A DNA stretch of 64,000 nucleotides, taken from Chrysomallon squamiferum (taxonomy: Eukaryota > Animalia > Mollusca). Of the stretch, positions 28,201 to 40,600 are shown piece by piece. Made by a program: the position numbers and the translations under genes. How positions within the stretch are numbered: position 1 is the first letter of the stretch; each line of letters begins with the position of its first letter. Below the pieces are notes generated by a model. That model did no database searches. It was not told the DNA's origin and was given only the letters and a program-made list of their open reading frames with translations. Where the stretch lies: the NCBI GenBank assembly GCA_012295275.1, contig CM022670.1, forward strand, positions 19,282,001-19,346,000. The letters are read 5' to 3'.

Positions 28201-30423
28201 ATTGCTTCTATCAATGGTGAAGCTGTTGTAGTTGTTGCCTATGAATGAATAAGTAACTTTCCCATTGATTGATTCATCAGGATCATGAGCAGAGACTTGG
28301 ACAACTTGAACACCAGAGGGTTGGTTTTCTAAAACACTAGCAAAATACTGATTGGGTCGAAAATCTGGAGAATTGTCATTCACATCCTTCACCTTTAACT
28401 GAACTTCAGCTGTAGCAAATAAAACTGGGACACCTTCATCATGTGCTACAACTGCTATTCTATAGAAAGAAATATCTTCTCTGTCAAGTGGTTTGGCTGT
28501 AGTTATGTGACCATTATTTTGCAAGAGGAATGTATTGGGGTAGAGATTTTCAACACTGGAATGAAATTCATAAATAACTGATCCATTCTTTCCACTGTCA
28601 GAATCAGTTGCCAGCACAGTCACAACATCAGTTCCTGTAGGCAAGTTCTCATTCAAGATCTTTTCATAAACAGGCTTACTAAAATGTGGAGTTTCATCAT
28701 TTTCATCAAGAATGTTCACTGTCAGCTTTGTGTAATTTCTAAAAGATTGGGAACCACCGTCTTGTGCAGAAATATTCAAAACCACACTGCTCAAACGTTC
28801 ATGGTCCAGATTTGTTGTTGTTGTCACAAGACCTGTGGTAGAATCAATGTCAAACCATCCGAGATCATTGCCAGAAATAATGGAATAAGTCAGCTGGGAA
28901 TTGAGACCAGAATCACCATCTACTGCAAGGACACTTTCTACAAAACTACCTGGAAGTGATAATTCACTGAGCTCAGCTTTGTATTCTTTCTTTTTAAATT
29001 CAGGGACATGGTCATTTGCATCACTGACCATGATTATTAAGAATGCTGTTGAACTTCTAGGTGGGTATCCATGGTCCACTGCATGGAGGGTCAAATTGTA
29101 CTTACCCACTTTTTCACGATCAAGATGTCCGACAACTTTGATCAAATTTAGATTCAGTAGTGAGTATGTGGTCAGTTTAAAATGACCAAGTTGGTTGCCT
29201 CCAGTGATGGTCAAGGATGCTTCCCCATTGATGCCAACATCCAGGTCTTGTATGCTCACAGAAGCTACAGTAATTCCAGGCTGAACATTTTCATCAACAG
29301 AAGAATATTCTTTATTTTGATCAGGATAATGTGTAATGAGTATAACTGGATTATGATTGTTTTCATCAATGATGTCCACTATCACATAAGCTCTTCCAGA
29401 AAATGATGGTGTCCCTCTGTCAAATGCTTCAACTGTGATGCGACAACTCTTGGGATTGCAGTTGGGGTCAGAACCGCATTTTCTGGAACAGCTCAGAGGA
29501 GTCACAAGAGTTCTAATGACTCCTGTTCTTTCTTCAATAGTAAACTGACCACTTTCATCTGTTTGTATTCGGTAGCCTATTTCAGCATTTAATCCAATGT
29601 CACCATCGGTTGCTAGGACCTTAACAACAAGTGTACCGACTGGTGCACTCTCATTTATTTTTGGGTTATACTCACTGGGATTGAATGTAGGTGATTTGTC
29701 GTTGATGTCTGATATTGTGATATTTACTAAAATGTAACCCTCCTTGGGTGGTGTTCCCATATCCCATGCTGTGATGTTCAACTGATAAAAATCTAAAACC
29801 TCACGATTCAGATCACCTTTGACTTCAAGATACATAAATGGTGTTTCATCATTTGGCTCAAGCAATCGAAACTTGCCATCATCATTTCCTGATTTTATTG
29901 TGTAAGATGAAATTGTCCCATTCAAACCATTGTCATTGTCTCTAGCTGTCAACATGAGCTGTTGGAAACCATATTTAGCATGTTCAGGAATAGCTATGTT
30001 AATACTTTGTTCCTGAAATTCTGGATGGTTGTCATTAATATCCAAAACTTGAATTAAAACGTCTACTGGATGTGCTGGCTGTCCGGTTTTAGTTCCTAAT
30101 ATAAATATATTTAGTAGCGTCTGTGTTAATAATTCTCTGTCGATTACAATTTTTGTTGTAATAACACCTGTCATACGATTCAATGAAAAAAACTGCGATT
30201 GTTCCTGAAGATTATAAACATATCCACTACGAACTGGAATCTTCCCTACAAGAGTCCCAATCGGCAATTCTTCTTGAATGGACATTTTTATACTGTCACC
30301 TGGGGCTTCGCCCTGTCCGAATTTTACTAAAAATTGCAACAAAATGATGCAAATAACGTGGCATCGTGTCATGGTGGTGAGTTTCTTCTGCTTGGGTGCC
30401 TGCACCAAAGCCATTTTCACCAT
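25229..30423 (-). CDS. FAT4: Fat/FAT4-like atypical cadherin, giant first coding exon (~1732 codons after correcting one frameshift; gene continues beyond left edge)
   Basis: ORFs 27202..30423 and 25214..27259 join by adding one base at 27284-27288. They give a signal peptide (MTRCHVICIILLQFLVKFGQG; possible start at 30372) and ~16 cadherin repeats with DxD, LDRE and DxNDN motifs. EC1 (IQEELPIGTLVGKIPVRSGYVYNL...IDRE...PVDVLIQVLDINDNHP) and the C-terminal GPIFT...VEYY...GRYFRI...LDRE segment resemble Fat/FAT4 as I recall them. The exon ends at CAA|GTAAGT (donor GT 25228-25227). An in-frame TAG lies just upstream of ATG 30423. Confidence 0.9.
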
Positions 30424-30954
30424 ATCCTATGAACCCAGGCCACTACTTCTACAGCCACGCTATATTGTGAACACACCTACCTGTAAATTACCTGTCCCAT
30501 TCGGCGTACCTTGCCGGACAAATATATTTCCCCATCAACATATATGAAATATAGGCGGCAAGGTGAGGTAACCACAGACTGCAGACATATTCATATTGAT
30601 AAACTCGTCCGGTTGTACACGACACCCCCAACAAAACTGATTTCCTTTCCAAAAACAAAACGAACTAACTATTTTGTCGCTGAAAGAAAAATCACCTTAG
30701 TTTTCCGATTCCGTGAGCTCTTTCACGATCAAATGCCACTGACTGGGCAATAGTAGTCACACATTAAATTACACCACATAGTTTTAATCACTCAACGAAC
30801 AATTTGAATTACTTCCTTTATATATCCATCTTTTTACCAGAAAAGTTCGTGTAACATTAGAATAAAGTAAAACCACTACATTTTTTCTAAACATCGCTTA
30901 CTCCATGCACTTCTTCTCTTCACACTTGATGGCAAATGCGTGCAGCATTTACCC

Positions 30955-30962
30955 TGACGTCA
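30955..30962. promoter_or_regulatory. Perfect CRE palindrome TGACGTCA
   Basis: Exact CREB/ATF consensus ~530 bp upstream of the Fat4 ATG, retained despite CpG depletion elsewhere in the window. Confidence 0.5.
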
Positions 30963-31877
30963 CAGAAACCACGCCTTTTCTGTTTGACGGACAGCTGTGA
31001 TAGCGTGTAGGATTAGTTGTCAAACGGTAGTCATGTACACATGTGGTTTAGCCACTCCCACAAGAAGAAAATTTTGTCCTCGGACTACTAACGTAGTTTT
31101 ATGAATCTGGTCAGATTAAAAACAAATAATCGCGAAAAGATGATAAAATTATTAGTTTCACATTAAGAATTAAATTGTAAACTTTGAATAACTAAATAAA
31201 TACATACACATATATAACAGTCGAAATTATTTCAGTTTGAGAGAGAGAGAGAGAGATTATTTGGTTAATATATTTTTCAAGATTTATTTCTAGAAGGTTA
31301 CTGAAGATATGTGCATACACATATATGTATATATGTATATATGAATAGATACATACATGCACGTTCATGTGTATACATGTATTAATACATAGGTATTTAA
31401 TTTGTAAGCTTGCATACTAGAGTTGTTTATTTCCACCTGATTGTTCTGTCTGTGTCTTAATTTGTCTGCCTGCAGTTTTTAAAGCTTACAAAGCAGGTAC
31501 AGTTTAATAAACAGTAATCGCATCAGCTTAGAATGTAGTGATCAAGGTGTTTGTATAAACTGCGATATAAATATATAAACTGAAGGGATCAATATTTAGA
31601 TAGATGGACAGGTAAACGGTGGTATAAAGAGAGAAAGTGCAGTGTTATGGTATTAGTACTGTCATTGCTAGACTCGAGTGTTTGTACGGTAATTCGTTCA
31701 GATTGGTCCGCTGGGTATCTAACGCTTAGTTTTACTGTACAACGGAGGAAACGTACGAACAAGAAACTCATTAGCAGCTGCTAATTAAATAAAAAAGCTA
31801 CAAAAGGATTAAGAATAAAGTAACAATTAAAAAAAAAAAAAAAAAAAAAAATGAAATAACAAGTATGTTCGATTAAA

Positions 31878-31923
<46 letters not shown>
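31878..31923. repeat. (AAT)n microsatellite
   Basis: Direct reading. Confidence 0.95.
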
Positions 31924-31926
<3 letters not shown>

Positions 31927-32326
31927 TAAATAAATAAATAAATAGAAACTATTTAAAACAGTAACTGTATTTAGTTAAAAAGGTGAGTATTCGAATTTGT
32001 TAAAATAAATTAATGTTTAATTCACATGATTCGTGTACGTAGGCTGTGTGCTTTGAAAAATGGATTTAAAAGTGAAAATGTATTTCATTCAGTTATCTTA
32101 GCTGTGTGTTGGGTGTGTTTTAATACTATAAAACATTGTCTCTGTTTACATCTCGGCGTTAAATTAATTCAAGTAAAATGACAGAATAAAATAATTACTT
32201 AATTACCGTTGTATGTATTTATTTATTTATTTATTATTTTTAAACGATGAATTATTATTACTATTATTAAAAAATATAATTTTTAGGATTTTATTTTAAA
32301 AGGACTAAACATTCGTTCTTTATGAA

Positions 32327-32359
<33 letters not shown>

Positions 32360-33748
32360 ATTATTATTTTATTATTATTATTTAAAACAAAGAAAAAAGA
32401 ATGGCCACAATACAAGAATAAGGTATAATTTGTGTACAAGCTTCTTTTTGTGTTTCTTTCTTCTTTCTGGTACTTTGCTGTTGATAAACAGCAGCAGACC
32501 GGTGCAGTGAAACACAAACTTTCTACTTGTTTGTTTGCCTGAACTAGAACTGTTTAAAGTAACGATTTGTCGAGAGAATATCAATAAGCGAAGTTTACTC
32601 GAGCGGTAACAATTGGCCCCCGGCAGCGATAAAAACATTGATAATCCGCGATTTATAGAACTCAGGTTAACCCTCTCAAAGAGGATGCATGCAGATTTGT
32701 TTTATCTACAGGACTGTTTTAACACGGGATGTTTGACGAACAAAGGTGCGATCGAGTCGACCTTAATAAAGGTGTACAATGAACATTGTTTCATTCTGAT
32801 TTTAATTAAATAATTAATACGAGTTTCAGTGCAAGCTAAAAAGTTATGGTTTTAGAAATAAATACCTATTTCTATACGAAATGTGTGTGTGTGTGTGTGT
32901 ACAAGAATGCAGGTATATAACTCAGGACGTTAACTTGAAAGTAAATAATCATCAGAATGAATTAGATGGATGAACATGAGAATGCATCATTATAGCCACG
33001 TGGATTCTGGAGACCAAAAAAAAAAAAAAAAAAAAAACCGAAAATAAACAGCAATAAAACAGCAGCAAGAACAACAGCAACAAAGAAAGAAACAAAGAAA
33101 GAGAGAGAGAGAGAGAAAAAAAAAAAGAAAGAAAAGAAAGGAAGAACCATACAAGCAAACAAAATCTTACAGGAAAGACAAACAAACACTCCCCTCAAAT
33201 ATCTCCGAAAAGACCATGGCTTGATCAAGCTATCGATACAGAAGATATATCTCATAAAACAGAGTGAAAAAACAACAACAAATAAACAAAATAATCAAAT
33301 ACTGATCGACAAAATGTGTAGTGAATGCAGACACATTTGATTTTATGTTTATCATTGTTTTTCGTTTATTCATTTCCATACACCAGTAACTTCTTATTGA
33401 ATACTGTTAAGATAAATATAAATTTGACAATAAAACTGTATTAAAAAATATAATAATAATAATAATAATAATAAGTAAATAAATATAATTTAAAAAAAAT
33501 GTATTAATAAAGACTAGGGACTCAATCTTTTATGACTTGTTTTATGGACTATTACTTGACAGTCCAGGGGAACAAACTCTTGTTATTCTATTAATAATCA
33601 TTTTCTATCATTTATAATAAATTATGATATTTAATTACATAATTACATAAATGTATGATTGAGGTATGGTCCGTCTAAAAAATATAATGTCTGGAAATAG
33701 ACATTCCGCAACAATTCAAATACTTCGTCTGCTGGAGTACTTGCTGAT

Positions 33749-33761
33749 TACCCATAATGCA
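33749..33761 (+). promoter_or_regulatory. ZNF143/Staf-type binding site TACCCATAATGCA
   Basis: 13-bp match to the Staf core consensus ~145 bp upstream of the MYCBP2 ATG. Confidence 0.6.
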
Positions 33762-33904
33762 ACAGTCATCATGTCAGCCTTCGCAAGAAGGAAATGACAC
33801 TGTAGATGGAAATAATCATATTTAGTGTTACTGAAGGAAACCAATTAATTAAGAGAGTATATTTTGAACATTATATAAACATTACTGCACTGTAGTAGCC
33901 AGAA

Positions 33905-34020
33905 ATGGCTACTGCGCAGTTTCTTCAAACCAGGAGTCAGGTTGATTCCTTTTTGCGCTCCAGAGATCTTTCAGATAAATTTTATGATTTATTCCGTGTG
34001 AAAGATGATTCTCACAACAA
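33905..34020 (+). CDS. MYCBP2: MYCBP2 coding exon 1
   Basis: ATG in GAAATGG context; MATAQFLQ...DKFYDLF; donor GTAAGT 34021. Confidence 0.8.
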
Positions 34021-34547
34021 GTAAGTGTTTAAATTATTATTTTTTATAAATTACCGATTCATGTAAATGCCGAGCATACAATATAAGCATTTGTAATTTT
34101 AAGTTGCAGCCATGCATAACACTAGAACACGTACAAGCAACCTACTTTCATCTTCATCAGTTCATGTCTGCCAGTTGAATAGATCTAAGCGCTTTCTGAA
34201 TATTACATTTTGAAAGCACAGATTTATATAAATGATTCCATCATTCATTTCCAGAAGGTACATCCAGTGTAAAAGGAAATTATACTTAATAATTTTTTAA
34301 ATATATGCAGGCTAATGAATATTTCAGTTTAGAAACATTCAGATTCATACTATATTGCATACATAATGATAATATACTATTACTATTGATCACTTTCATA
34401 CTCTGTCAGTGATAAAAGCAAATATTATATTTAAAAGTTTTAATCTAACATAACATATAATGCTATGATCTAAGTGTAAAATTGTGCTAGTGCTAAAGGA
34501 TTGTGATTAACAATTTGCAGAGGCTTTCTGTTGTTAGTTGATAGATA

Positions 34548-34609
<62 letters not shown>

Positions 34610-37600
34610 GTTTAATGTAAGCATTAACAATAACAATTTTTATCTGCAAGTTTGAAAATGTTTTTTTCTTATTTAAATTAGAATGGAAACATAATAAAAC
34701 AGTTTTTGTAATCTTTTGAAGAAACAAGGATATTTTTTAGACTTTTGTTATTTCATCAACACTAATAATATCTGATAATCATTGTTCAGTACTTCTTAAA
34801 CAAAATTTATTATTATTATTATTATTATTATTTTAAATACGAATTGATAACAATATTATTTTATGGTTTATGAATTCACTATCCTGGTCTTAAAACATTT
34901 ATTTTTTGAAATTAGTCAAATTTTAATCTACTGTGAGTGTAACTTTAATAATTTCATAATTTTCATAATTAAAACTACTTCTTAACATATTTATAATTAT
35001 ATTTTTTAAATAATATTTTTTTATAGAAATTATGTTTTATTTAGAATAATTTTAAGGTCAAATTAAATGATGGTGATAATGAGGTGATTTTATTTTGATC
35101 TAATTGACATTACTGAAGCCTTTTTATTTTAATTTTAGTTTTAACTGAAATTTGTTATTAATTTTTTTGCACATTGCCCTAGTACTGCATATAAAATGTT
35201 TAAACCTAGTCTTTTTCATATTCAAATGATCTATTACTGTTAATATTATAATATACAGGAATCATGATTTGAATCTAATCATCTAATGTGTATTTTCTTA
35301 AAATTGTAATATATATATATTTTTTCCTACCCATTGTTTTTGCAGAAAGAAAACAGAAAAAAAGAAAACCAAGAAAAAAAGTAAAGGAAAAGTTAAAGAA
35401 CGCACAAAAAAGGTATTTGTGTTAGCTAATATGCTTTGGGTTTTATGATTTTTGTTTGAAATCCATATATATTTTGTTTTTGTTGGCTATGAATACAACA
35501 GCATCAGGATAGATTAATTTGAAGTAAAAACAGTTTTATCACAATTTGTAGCAGGTATACATATTTGTATATGTCCCCACATATACTTACTTTAATTTAA
35601 ACGTAATATATATATATATATACACATTTTATGCAATAAAGCTGCTTCCTGTCATAAAAATGATAATTTTCAGTTAACTGAGATATGTTTATGTGTAGAT
35701 TATATCTGTAATTACAGTGGTTATTTCTGGAAATAAAGTACCTTTTAATGACAATTTTCAGCAGAGAGAAAACAGTCCCGAAGTGCCTGAAGCAGCAGTA
35801 GTTTCAGTTGAACTTCATCAAAATGCCTCTCTTTTTAATGTGTATGCCACAGTGCGACAGTCTGTCCTAGAACAATGTATGCGAGAGACATCAAGATTGT
35901 ATCACGTTGCAGCCAATAACCATACATCTGATTCTGACTCAGAAGATGACCAGGAAGATAAAAACAGAGACTGTCTTATTAGAATTCCAAAGGCAAGATG
36001 ATTTTCACTAAAATATATGTAAACTTTAATTGAGACTGTTACATAAATCTGTATTGAAATACTAAATCCCAAATTCTGAATGCATGTGTGTATGTGTGTG
36101 TAAAGACAGTTTTATGTTCTGCCAACAAACAAACATTTATTCATGGAATTTGTTAGTTTGTCACACATTGTACTTTCTTTTCTTTGTATAAATCCAGATG
36201 AAATAATTAGTCATTAAGCATATGATTCCAGTTTTATGCACTATCCTGTATTATTTGTAATGTTTGTTCCATTTAATCATCTTTATACATTTTGGTTTTG
36301 TTTATAATGAAAACATTTATAGTTATACATATGTCAAAAAACTTTTGAATCTATGTTAATGCAGTTTATATATTTTTAAATACACAAAAAAGTTGTGTAG
36401 TTGAAAACATTATTTTTATTTCCATTTAAAAGTTATTTAAAAAAATATTAATGATAGAAACAGTATTTTAATATAGTAGGATTAGATATGAAAATTGTTC
36501 TCAACACCTTTTACGTTCAATATAACATCTTTTGCATGAATTATCCTGAGGTTTAGTTGTTATGAACTTTTTTGATTGTAGATTGTTGGGCTTGGTCTAA
36601 ATGGAGTATTTGAACTGGTGCGAGAAACTTGCAACAAGTATCCTGAACTATGTGTGAAAGCTTTGAAAGCATTACTGGACATTCTACAGGGTCAGCAGCC
36701 TGAGGGAATGAAAGATGAACCTACAGAAGTCATAGGTTTGATTTTTAGTCACTAATTTGTTATTACATTAATGTAATTCCTATAAATGTATAGATTTATA
36801 AAAAATTACAGACCCCTATAGCACTGAGTTAATTATTTTCACAAAACCATATTTTTTAGGGTATATTGTCCATAATTAAGCCGTTGCTTTAATGCATAAT
36901 AGGAGAGATTTTTTTTTTTACATATTCTGTTTAGTAGGATACATATTTTGAGAAAACAAAGTAAACCTTACATAAACTATTCATGTCTTAGTAACATTAT
37001 GATTCCTATATGCACTTACACTAGAAAACTTTTTTGAAAATAATAAACTGTTGTTATAATAGTATGATATATTAAATTAATTATGTGTTTTATTGTGATA
37101 TATTATGATACATGTATGTATATGTGTATTTGTGTGTGAATATATATACATATTCAAACACATACACACATACATATATGTATATACACAAACACACACA
37201 CACACGTATATACATACACATACATATACACACACATACACACATGCACACACACACACACATTTAAAATATACATATATATATTTAAAATATATTACTC
37301 TTTGAATCCTATATAAGAATGTTAATATTTTATGACAAAATAATATGTATTAACAGAGAATTTTTATGTGTTTTAGAAAAGCTGTACAATCTGTTAATGG
37401 AAATAGCTACAACTCACGCAGGAACTGCCAAGTATGATGGACATTCTCTGACATCTCTAGCTTGCTCAGCTCTGATCAGTTTGACAATATCATTAGGCAA
37501 TACTGGCAAACTACTTCAAGCCATTACTGCACTTTTGATGAGTCCAGTTTCCTTGGCAACAGAAGATGTTCAGGTTAATTTAAAAAGAGATATCAAACCT

Positions 37601-40600
37601 AATCATACTGAGTTTAATTGTCCATATTTCAATTATGTAGATAATTTGGTATGCAGGAACAACAGAAACAGTTTGACATAAAATGGAAAATGCTATTCAG
37701 CATTTGCTGTTATGTGATGCTGTAGTTTTCATGTAAATCAAAAAATTCTTATAAAGTCGGGGTATTTTAACAAGTAGATCTTCAGATTTTATTAATTATT
37801 AAAAAAGTTTAAATTAACTTTTTATAATGTATATTCAGCAATTATAGCTAACAAATGTTTTCTAGATGTTCTTATGGTTTAATCATTGCAGAGTGTGTGT
37901 GTGTGTGTGTGTGTGTGTCCTTTTTACATAATTTAATATAGTGACATTTGAAATTTGTCATGTCATTAAATTATGGATCATAAACTGTTGACTATCTTCT
38001 GGTGAAACGTGTTTGATTGCATTTGTCTTTTTGCTTCCATGATGAATTTATATTTATTTCAGTTCTAATGCCTTCCTTATTTTATTTTCCACTGTTAAAT
38101 TTTGTGTAATTGTTTGGTTTGTGATGTTTGATGCTGGTTTTCTCAATATACATAACATGCACATTTTTACATGTTGTTATCTTTATCATAAGTATTTTTT
38201 TATACTGAATTGGTCTTGATGATCATTTTTCAGGTTCCTGGCATTTTGTCATTACTTCAGAAAAGTGTTTATGCTGTATTACTGGGAAAATCGCAGCTTC
38301 CGGATTGGATCAACTGTGGTGTGAAATCCAAGTCTTGTGTTATGTCTTTTGAAATTGAAAGCTTTAAGGAATGTAAGTATTATGCATGATATAATAATCC
38401 AAATTTTATTAATACATGTAACCAAAAAATCCTTGTTTCACATAAAAAGAAAAAAATTGCATAGAAGTATTTATCTTTATGATTGCTTTATATATTTTAG
38501 AAAGTCATTACTTTAAAATATTTTTATTTTTATTTTAAAATAGTAGATTCCAGTTCAATGGGTGAAAGTGCAGTAGCTAGTGATGGTAGGTATTTGTATC
38601 TACTCAACAAGAAAGGACTCTTCAAAGTTGGATCTGGCTTTGGTGGAACAGTGAAGGTATGTTGATATGATGTCCAAAATAAAAATTAAACTAGTGTCTC
38701 TTTACTTTGAGAACTTTCACAGATATACATTTTTTTTAACACATTTTGGAAATTATGAGATTTATCAACAGTAAAACGTTCACTGATTCATCTATCCATA
38801 CTACCTTCCAGTTTCAATTCCTTCATAATAACACTATTTCTATCACTGAAAAATAATATCTGTTGAAATATTACAATGAAGTAAGATTATTTATATTTTC
38901 CTTAACTGCTTGTAATGTGATAGCTAATTAGAGTTTAAAAGTGATATAATGCCTGGCATTTATTGCTTTTCCATTTAAAAATGCATATATAAGGAACAGA
39001 AATAATAGTATTTATTTATTTATTTTTATTCAACAGGGCCATATTTACAACCATGAAGAAGATTTTTCATTAAAAGTTTGGTTGGCCTTTTCTGGAGTAA
39101 GTAGTATCTTCTTTATAAAAAAAAGTCACTATGAATCATAGTCTCTATTTAAAAAAAAAAGTTTTATAAAATTTTGCTGATGTAAAATGTAGACTCACAT
39201 TTGAGAAAAAACTGAAAGAATTTTGTTTGAAAATGTATTCTTTGTTAATTTATTTACACTTCAAATATATTTTCTTTTTACAAAAAGTTTTTACATTACA
39301 TAGTGTTTAATATTAATTAAAAACCTCCAGAAAAATAACAACAACAAACAAAACTTGTCTTGAGTTGCTATTGGTTAATTTTAATTATAAATAATAAAGT
39401 GAAATATACATTAATACTTTTAATTGTAGGGAAAACTTTTGTGTCGGAGTGACAACAGTGCTGTGAATCTTTGTGTTGTAAATACTGACACACTGGAACT
39501 TGAAACATCTTATGAATTTGATGGTAAGTATATTGAAGAAATGTGTCATTGTTGCATACATAAATATGATATGTAAATATATAACTGCTATAATTACACA
39601 TATTAAATCATAAAAATACAAAGTGTACATGTTGCCAAGCATGCACAACCAGGCCATTTGAACAATCACTTAATAAGGAGAGTAACACAAATTCAAATGA
39701 TTTGTATGAGATTTATTGGATTGTAGCATTACACATAAGTGCATAATATGTTGTATTGTTGGACATGTTTTTGATAACTTTCAGGCCATGTGACTGGGGT
39801 CCTTTTTAGTGATGGTGTTAGTATTGGACAAATAGCTCCAGCTCAGGATGTAAGTATTTTATACATATTCACTTAAAGTTGTATTCGTCACTTTCAAAAT
39901 ACACTGACTGAAAAGATGGTGATTTTAATATGAGAAAGCCAACCTTTGATAAAGATGAAAATTTAGATATTTTAGTGGGTTTTTTTTTTTTTTTTTGATA
40001 TTAATTTTTTAAAATTTTGTTATAATTTATTTATTTCAAATGCTTTTATATTTTAATAAAAAAATAAATAAAAACCCCTGATTTTCAGATGGACAGTTTT
40101 GTTGTGAGAACATTTAGTGTGGATCGTTCTCCAATGCCCTTGTTGAGTGAAATTCCTTTGAAACTGACCAGACGATGCATGGATATGTTTGGATCAACTT
40201 CATTTGACATGGAGACAGAGAGAAGACCAATTAGTAAGAAGTTATATGAATAATAATTGTCTTAAATATGTTTCTAATTAATATTTTTATCCACACCTAC
40301 TTAAAAAAGCTATATTTGCAAAAATGCACACATATGAAATAAAACTGTGATAGAAAGATTTCAATTTTATAAACTAATTTTTTACTCTCTATGCTGATAG
40401 AGTAGGTTACTTACTAATTGTTTGCATATTAAATTGTGCTGGTTTTACATGTTGTTTTGTTTTGCAGACACAGGATTTGATGAAGACACTAGCTCTATAT
40501 TAACTGGAAAAGACTTTGCTCTTGTGAAAACAGTTGGAGGAAAGGTAATTTATCTGTCAAAGTTTTTTTGACTGTTTATATAGCTGAATAAAAAAAAATG

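Larger units (their letters stand above)
30424..33904. promoter_or_regulatory. Divergent intergenic/promoter region of Fat4 and MYCBP2, CpG-rich
   Basis: Lies between oppositely oriented start codons. CpG is visibly frequent here but rare in both gene bodies. Confidence 0.75.

Noticed and set aside
25229-30423. Clustered or cephalopod-type protocadherin, or Dachsous
   Set aside because: About 16 repeats with no transmembrane segment exceeds the 6-7 of protocadherins, and the EC1 and EC15-16 sequences are Fat-like
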